From Ignavibacteriota bacterium (GTDB lineage Bacteria > Bacteroidota > Ignavibacteria > UBA10030 > UBA6906), in the NCBI GenBank assembly GCA_963801355.1, contig CAWDEM010000008.1, forward strand, positions 480,001 to 544,000: 64,000 bases of DNA, in the 5' to 3' direction. Under the pieces are notes generated by a model. It saw nothing but the letters and a program-made list of their open reading frames with translations, did no database searches and was not told where the DNA came from. Positions within the stretch are counted from its first letter, which is position 1, and every line of letters starts with the position of its first letter. Both the position numbers and the translations under genes were made by a program. Of this stretch, positions 57,956 through 64,000 are shown in pieces.

Positions 57956-59761
57956 TTAGCGCATGACGGGAAACGACTTCAAAGGGGCCGCGGCACGCAT
58001 TTCCGGATCGAACACGAGGATCTCATTTGACCCGGCCTTGAGCCACGGGCCGGGGATGTACAAACGCCGCTGCGGGCCGATGTTCCAGTAGCGCCCGAGA
58101 TTCCGGCCGTTGACCCATACCACCCCCTTTTTCCATCCGCCCATGTCGAGAAACGTATCGCCGGTATTCACCAGCTGAAATGTGCCGCGGAAAAAGGATG
58201 GCGCGCGTGCTGTATCGGCAGCGGCGAATGTGATCCCGCGGAGGTAACTCTCTTCGAACGGAAGCGGAAAGACGTCCCACTCCAGTAATGTCACACCTCT
58301 CAGAGTCACCCAGTCAGTAATGCCCTTCCGGTCGATGAGCCTGGACCCGAAGTTGATCCTGCCCATCCCTTCCACCAGAATATCGAGGACCGGATGCGGT
58401 GTGTGCGTCGGGGGAATCTCCACTGTGTTCTGGTCCCATCGCCGTTCGAGGCGGCCGACGAACACCCCATCGAGGAACACGTAGCCGATGTCATGGAGTC
58501 CTTCTATTGTCAATTTCCCGCTCGTGGGACTGCGCAGCACTGCGCGATACAGAATGAAGCCGTAGTTCTGGCCGTAGGCTTCCATGCTCTTGATTCCGGC
58601 GGATCGAATCGGCCCAGGAAGATTGTCGAACAACGGTGCAGTCTCCGTGATCCGTATGTTGTCGATGCCGAGGAAATGCGCGCCGGGAGGAAGCTCGGGC
58701 AGCGGCGTTCCATCGGGTTGATACCTGGCAAGGAGCCTACGGAATGCCGAATATTTGTCCGTGGGTCTGCCGGCCTCGTCGAGTGGAGCGTCATAGTCGT
58801 AACTCGTGATGTCCGCCTTGTAGCCGTTGTCCCAGTTTGCTCCTGCCGACCAGCCGAAATTCGTGCCGCCATGGAACATATACAGGTTGAACGACCTCCC
58901 GGTGGTGAGCATCCATTGCAGGTCCTTGACGTTCTTCTGAATATCCGATTTCCCCCACGCCTCGTTTCCCCAGTGGGTGAACCATCCGCACCAGTACTCG
59001 CCGCACATCTGAGGAATGGCAGGCCGGAACTTCTCGAGCTCTGCAAACTCCTGTTCCGGCCCTCCGCCGAAATTCACCACGGGCAGTGCCCCCTCGACAT
59101 TCCCAGCTTCAAGGAGATGCTGCGCACCGCCGTCCGACGTGAAGAACGGGATGTCGAAACCCGCATTGCGATAGAGGTTGCGCAGGGTGTCCAGATACCC
59201 CCTGTCGTTGCCGTAGCTTCCGTATTCGTTTTCGACTTGCAGGAGAATGATCGGGCCTCCCCTGGAGATCTGGAGGCCGGCGAGTTCCTTGCCGACCCTG
59301 TCGACATAGCGGCGCACCGCGTTCATGTAGTGCTCGTCGAGGCAGCGTACGCGGATATCCGGCGTACGCAACAGCCACGCGGGAAGGCCCCCGAAGTCCC
59401 ATTCAGAACAGACATACGGCCCCGGGCGGATGATCACCTTCAACCCGGTCTCCCCTGCCGTGCGGATAAACGCAGCCACGTCAAGAATGCCATCGAAGGA
59501 AAAGTGTCCGGGCTCCTGCTCGTGCCAATTCCAGAACAGATACGTACAGACTGTATTGAGACCCATGGCGCGGGCTTTGAGCAGTCTGTCCTTCCAGTAT
59601 TCCCGGGGCACCCGCGGGTAGTGTATCTCGCCCGAGTAGATGCGGAAGGGTTTGCCGTTAAGGGTGAACGCTTGCTTCCCCACGGAGAAGTTCTGTGCGG
59701 ATGGTTGAGCACCGGCCAGGCAGGTTGAAATCAGGGCCGCAAGGAGGAGGCGTATTGGCAT
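57956..59761 (-). CDS. Beta-galactosidase, GH35
   Basis: 'SGEIHYPR', 'GLNTVCTY..WN', 'RPGPYVCSEW..GGLP', 'QVENEYG', 'GEYWCGWF', 'YMFHGGTNFG', 'SYDYDAP'. Confidence 0.95.
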   Translation of the reverse strand: MPIRLLLAALISTCLAGAQPSAQNFSVGKQAFTLNGKPFRIYSGEIHYPRVPREYWKDRLLKARAMGLNTVCTYLFWNWHEQEPGHFSFDGILDVAAFIRTAGETGLKVIIRPGPYVCSEWDFGGLPAWLLRTPDIRVRCLDEHYMNAVRRYVDRVGKELAGLQISRGGPIILLQVENEYGSYGNDRGYLDTLRNLYRNAGFDIPFFTSDGGAQHLLEAGNVEGALPVVNFGGGPEQEFAELEKFRPAIPQMCGEYWCGWFTHWGNEAWGKSDIQKNVKDLQWMLTTGRSFNLYMFHGGTNFGWSAGANWDNGYKADITSYDYDAPLDEAGRPTDKYSAFRRLLARYQPDGTPLPELPPGAHFLGIDNIRITETAPLFDNLPGPIRSAGIKSMEAYGQNYGFILYRAVLRSPTSGKLTIEGLHDIGYVFLDGVFVGRLERRWDQNTVEIPPTHTPHPVLDILVEGMGRINFGSRLIDRKGITDWVTLRGVTLLEWDVFPLPFEESYLRGITFAAADTARAPSFFRGTFQLVNTGDTFLDMGGWKKGVVWVNGRNLGRYWNIGPQRRLYIPGPWLKAGSNEILVFDPEMRAAAPLKSFPVMR

Positions 59762-59794
59762 AAAAGACTCCTGAATCACGCGGAGTCGATCGGG

Positions 59795-61159
59795 TTACTT
59801 GAGAATTACGAGTCTCATGGTTTTGACGAAGCCGCCGGCCTCCATCCGGTAGAAATAGACTCCACTCGGCAGGCCGGATGCGTTGAAGGTCACGCTGTGA
59901 ACACCCGGCTCCAGCTTTTCGTTGACAAGCAGAGCCACATCCCGCCCGAGCAGGTCGTACACTTTGAGAATTGTGAATTGTGGATCCACAATCGAAAATC
60001 GTATGGTCGTACTCGGATTGAAGGGATTGGGGTAGTTCTGGGACAGCTGGTATCCATCCGGCACTGACACATCGAACGGGGATTGGTCCGCCGATGCAAT
60101 CATTGTTTCATCCGGAGAGAACGTATACCCTACGCCGCCCTTGTCGAACCAGGAATGGGACAAGTCGTTCTTGTTGAAGACATACGAGTATCCATTGGAT
60201 TTCGCAGGATCGTGCACTATGGGATCACCATTTGCGTTGAATCCGGCGAGCATCATGAGGTGGCCCGAATAGAGCGGCAGGCCGACAGACATGGCGATGC
60301 GCCCCCCGTTGGCGAGGACGTCTCGTGCCTGGCTCCAGGCGCGGTACCGTGTGACGGCGCCGTCCAATCCGTATTCGGCGGCATTCTGCACAACCCTCGG
60401 CCAGATGCCGAACATGTCGTACCATGGATCGCGCGTTGCACGTGCGAACTGCAGGGGATCCACGGCGATATTGTAACTCCGCAGGATCATGGAAACCGAT
60501 GTCGGAGAACAAATGCTGCCGCCGATATCGGGATCGACACCATACTGGTAGATGAAGTTCGTCGGAATGAGAATCGACGCCGGTTTGTCATTAAGGATCT
60601 GATTGAAATCCAGCGACGATGTGGTCCGGGAGTCGCTCACGGCAAAACTCAGCTTGTACAGGCTCGGGGACGATTGGCCGATCCCGGTGCGGGTCATGAT
60701 GATCTTGAATTGCCAGGCACTCACATACGAGTTCAGTTTCACGTAGTCATAGTCGACCAGGCCGCCACCATAGCTGGTGGACCCGTAGGTGCTCCATATG
60801 TTCGCCCTCCAGAATCCGACGGTCAACCAGGGGGACCAGCCGGTGCTGTAGGGAAAACGCATCTGGATCTTGAACGAACTGCCGTTCTCCGGTGCTGAAC
60901 CGTTCCACGACGGCAACCCATGGTTGAAGGGGTACTGTGCAGACTGGGGCTTCAGGATAATGAATCCGTCCGTCCGGTCCGGCTGGAGGAGCAGCCGCTT
61001 TCCGTCCCCGCTGAGCACCAGGCCGTCATTCGTTTCGATATACTGCACCAATGAATCTATCCGCAGTACGTAGTGCTGATCGGGAAAATTTTGTGCACGC
61101 AGTGGTTGAGAAATCAGCAGGCACACGCTGAAGACGCGGAGAGCGGTACGAAGCATCAT
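59795..61159 (-). CDS. C39-like cysteine peptidase with T9SS C-terminal sorting domain
   Basis: Signal peptide; catalytic 'ICSPTSVSM', 'GHLMMLAGF', 'HDPA'; CTD 'LSQNYPNPFNPSTTI...SGVYFYRM'. Confidence 0.85.
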   Translation of the reverse strand: MMLRTALRVFSVCLLISQPLRAQNFPDQHYVLRIDSLVQYIETNDGLVLSGDGKRLLLQPDRTDGFIILKPQSAQYPFNHGLPSWNGSAPENGSSFKIQMRFPYSTGWSPWLTVGFWRANIWSTYGSTSYGGGLVDYDYVKLNSYVSAWQFKIIMTRTGIGQSSPSLYKLSFAVSDSRTTSSLDFNQILNDKPASILIPTNFIYQYGVDPDIGGSICSPTSVSMILRSYNIAVDPLQFARATRDPWYDMFGIWPRVVQNAAEYGLDGAVTRYRAWSQARDVLANGGRIAMSVGLPLYSGHLMMLAGFNANGDPIVHDPAKSNGYSYVFNKNDLSHSWFDKGGVGYTFSPDETMIASADQSPFDVSVPDGYQLSQNYPNPFNPSTTIRFSIVDPQFTILKVYDLLGRDVALLVNEKLEPGVHSVTFNASGLPSGVYFYRMEAGGFVKTMRLVILK

Positions 61160-61261
61160 AGAATTCCCGGAAAGCTCACAGAAAAACTCCGACCCATTGC
61201 ACTGAAGATGAGGGGAAGGGTCACCAACTCAGCATACGAATCCTCTGACTCATAATCAACG

Positions 61262-61462
61262 CTATGGCGTACCCAGGATCCTATCGATCACATGCCGTTC
61301 GTGCGCAACTGCTTCACCCTGGGTAGCAAACCATTTTTCCTCGGCGTCATCAGGATTCCGGCTATTGGTGCACAGAAACATGGTCTGGTTCCCGATTTTG
61401 TCGGACATCACGACAATCTCCACACCACGATGTGTCGCTTTGGTCGTTGTTGTTGTCTTCAT
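61262..61462 (-). CDS. Small hypothetical protein (66 aa)
   Basis: Strong GAAGAGGAG RBS; follows the radical SAM gene on the same strand. Confidence 0.6.
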   Translation of the reverse strand: MKTTTTTKATHRGVEIVVMSDKIGNQTMFLCTNSRNPDDAEEKWFATQGEAVAHERHVIDRILGTP

Positions 61463-61497
61463 AGCTCCTCTTCCGGACTGTCACGAGACGAGAATAG

Positions 61498-63489
61498 CTA
61501 TTTCCCTTCTACAAGGAGGTGCCTGAGGAATTTGACGCCGTTCACCCATTCGAACAGCCACACCTCGATCCAGCGGAGCGGATTCCAGAAGTGGAGGTAC
61601 CACTGCCGCCAGATGCGTTGCGCGTATGCCCTGGTGTGAGCGGCTGCCAGCGGGTTGTGCTTGCGCAGCCAGATGGTCACGACCGAAGGAACCTCAACTT
61701 CCGGCATCTGGTCGCGGAGTTGCCTGTAGAGAACCACGAGTTCTCTTGCCGGCAGTCCCCGCCAGTCGGCAACGCCGTGCCTTGTGCTTGCGATGAGGTC
61801 GTACAACGCTTCTTCCACCTTGCTCTTTGGACGGCTTCGCAGCCAGACCTCTTCGAGCTGGAAGAAGAGCTTCACAATTCCCCAGAGGCGCTTCGTGATG
61901 GTCTGGAGGCGGTGCCAGTAAAATGACAGAAATCCCTCGGGTTGAAAGCCCGGCCGGCGGTCGTTCCGGTGCCGCACCGTCCAGAATCCGCAATTCATCG
62001 GATGGAGACGTTCCACGCGTGACGCATACAAATACGCCGTGAAGAAGAACAGGCGGTTCCAATAATAGGACCAGTCGTGCCGCCAGACCTTCAGCACGTC
62101 GACCATATGTTCGATGGAATAGAATTGATTCCAGGCGTTGTGGTAGGACTGCATCAGTTCTTCGGGGGTCATGCGTTCGGGAGCCACCGCGACGTGTGCT
62201 GAATCATACGTGTTGAAATCTTTTTCCAGCCACCGGCGCTCACGCCACCACCGCTGATGATCTGCCGATCCGGGAAGCGGCGAAAGGATATAGAACGACG
62301 CCGAGTCAAATCCGATGCGCTGGAGCTCGGCGATATCCTGTGTGATGCTTGCAGGTGTGTCGAATGGAAGGCCGAGGATGTAACCGGCATGGCATGCGAT
62401 GCCGAGTCCGTGCAAGTGATCTGCGAGATCTTTGTAGTCAGCGACGCGGTTCTGAAATTTGCCCTGGGAACGGAGGTTGTCGCGATTCACACTTTCCACG
62501 CCGAAGAATACCTGGTTGCATCCGGCTCGTGCCGCGAGAGTAAAGAAGTCGCCGGGCGGTATCTTCCGGGCCGCCAGGTCGCTTTGCATCATGAATGTGA
62601 ACGGTATATGTTCCTCTTCGCGCAGACGGGCGAGTCCGGCAAAGAGCTCTCGCCACCGGGGATTTCTTGCGATGTTATCGTCAGTGAAAAAACTGTGAAT
62701 GATTCCCGTTTCATGATAATTCCGTCGCACGAACTCAATGACCTGTTCCGGTTCACGGCAGCGCATTGTGCGGCCCTGCACGTTGATGATTGTGCAGAAC
62801 TCGCATGTAAAGACGCATCCCCGCCCCGTATCGATGGTACTGTAGGGCGATGCGAACCCGTTGAGATCGTCTTTTGTCAGGCGGGGTGTCGGAATGCGTG
62901 AAAGATCGGGAGTCGGGTTCAGGAAGTTGTAGAGCGGCTCAGCACGGTCCGCGAGCACATCCTCCACGATGGAGGGGAGGCGCTCGCCTTCCACTTCACC
63001 GGCCACAAGAATGATTCCGCTGCACAGTGCGCTTCTCAGGTCAGCCGTCAGGCCGACCATGGCAAGCATGCCGCTCACGTGAAACCCGCCGATCATGACG
63101 GTGATGCCGCGCGGCAGGAACCAGGAGGCGATGTCCAGTGCCCGCGGGTACTGATTCGTCTGGACGCCGACGATCATGACGATTGTTTTCACGCCCGGAA
63201 GTGCGGCACGCTTCTTGATATCCTCTATCGGCACCCGTTGAATTGCTTCATCGATGAGGCGGACATTGACAGGCAGGTCTTTGAAGAACGGGTAGTTGAC
63301 GAGATCCCCCGCCAACGCACCCATCTGGGTCAGCGTATTGCTGCGGATGACGCCGATGCGCATCTGGATGGGATACCCGTCGTCAGTGTAGTTTGTGGGA
63401 CGGATGAGGGTTATATCCAGCTCGCGCACGCCGCGTGCGAGAGCTCCCCCGGAGCGGCGTATTCCTTCCACGTCAACGACCTGTTGCAT
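61498..63489 (-). CDS. Cobalamin-binding-like domain radical SAM protein
   Basis: GGGAGGGAG RBS; N-terminal 'VGVQTNQYPRA..IGGFHVSG..GEVEG'; 'GRGCVFTCEFC' CxxxCxxC; 'FTDDN', 'FFGVES', 'GYILGLPFDT'. Confidence 0.88.
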   Translation of the reverse strand: MQQVVDVEGIRRSGGALARGVRELDITLIRPTNYTDDGYPIQMRIGVIRSNTLTQMGALAGDLVNYPFFKDLPVNVRLIDEAIQRVPIEDIKKRAALPGVKTIVMIVGVQTNQYPRALDIASWFLPRGITVMIGGFHVSGMLAMVGLTADLRSALCSGIILVAGEVEGERLPSIVEDVLADRAEPLYNFLNPTPDLSRIPTPRLTKDDLNGFASPYSTIDTGRGCVFTCEFCTIINVQGRTMRCREPEQVIEFVRRNYHETGIIHSFFTDDNIARNPRWRELFAGLARLREEEHIPFTFMMQSDLAARKIPPGDFFTLAARAGCNQVFFGVESVNRDNLRSQGKFQNRVADYKDLADHLHGLGIACHAGYILGLPFDTPASITQDIAELQRIGFDSASFYILSPLPGSADHQRWWRERRWLEKDFNTYDSAHVAVAPERMTPEELMQSYHNAWNQFYSIEHMVDVLKVWRHDWSYYWNRLFFFTAYLYASRVERLHPMNCGFWTVRHRNDRRPGFQPEGFLSFYWHRLQTITKRLWGIVKLFFQLEEVWLRSRPKSKVEEALYDLIASTRHGVADWRGLPARELVVLYRQLRDQMPEVEVPSVVTIWLRKHNPLAAAHTRAYAQRIWRQWYLHFWNPLRWIEVWLFEWVNGVKFLRHLLVEGK

Positions 63490-63676
63490 AGATCTCTCCC
63501 TCCCGACAATTATCCATGAAAAGCTCTTCGTTCAACATACCAGTCACACCCCTGAAGTGGAATAGCCTGAAAGGTTGGAAAAAGAACTGGTCCTTTGGGA
63601 CTACTCGAACGAGGCCCCCCCTCGACAAACTCACGCCGGTTTTGTATCTTCTTTCATGACAACCAGAGGAACACCC

Positions 63677-64000
63677 ATGTCCAATCTCCGCCTCCCTGCC
63701 TGTTTCGGGCTGCTCGCCTTCGTGCTGGCTGGCTGTGCTGCCGATATCGTCGAAAGGGCCGTGCACAACGATCGCATGAATTTCAACGAAGCCATCGTCC
63801 AATCATGGAACGAGCAGCTTCTGTTAAATCTGGTCCGGCTTCGCTACCGGGACAACCCCCTGTTTCTTGAAATGGGCGGAGTGATCGCGGGATACAGCCT
63901 GAGGGGCAGCGCGGTTCTGGGGGGAGGTACAACCTTTCAGTCGCCGCTGACCGGCGATTGGCGGCTCAACCTCGGAGGGGAATACACCACATCGCCAACG
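63677..64000 (+). CDS. Lipoprotein of unknown function (3'-truncated by window edge)
   Basis: Not in the ORF track. AGAGGA RBS, ATG 63677: MSNLRLPACFGLLAFVLAGC (lipobox), then 'FNEAIVQSWNEQLLLNLVRLRYRDNPLFL'; frame open to the window end. Confidence 0.8.
   Translation, partial: MSNLRLPACFGLLAFVLAGCAADIVERAVHNDRMNFNEAIVQSWNEQLLLNLVRLRYRDNPLFLEMGGVIAGYSLRGSAVLGGGTTFQSPLTGDWRLNLGGEYTTSPT

Overview
GC-rich chromosomal window. Housekeeping gene content, T9SS-type 'QNYPNPFNPST' sorting domains and a PASTA-rpe pair suggest an FCB-group (Ignavibacteria/Bacteroidota-like) bacterium; this is an inference. Left to right: the end of an alternative complex III / A2-type cytochrome c oxidase cluster (actF to ctaB); nucleoside salvage genes (punA, tdk, cdd); Lrp-glnA, apt, tnaA; a small redox/metal gene run; an M28 peptidase; yqeY-mutS2-fadL-purL; dapF; a tmRNA (tag ADYNYALAA); cysE; scattered secreted CAZymes (GH51, GH127, GH106-like, GH35); T9SS cargo; and a B12-radical SAM gene. 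The standout is a tightly coupled minus-strand operon at 47474-52123 with four genes: a coiled-coil protein, a membrane protein (longin/roadblock-like cytoplasmic domain, TM, BON-BON, OmpA), a stand-alone Rab-like small GTPase and a PAS sigma-54 activator. A lipoprotein gene with a candidate sigma-54 promoter lies just upstream. This looks like a cell-envelope to small-GTPase to transcription signalling system. Several intergenic regions carry short tandem repeats, one apparently copied from the 3' end of tdk. I found no CRISPR array, prophage or transposase. All family assignments come from motif recognition by eye; no database searches were run.
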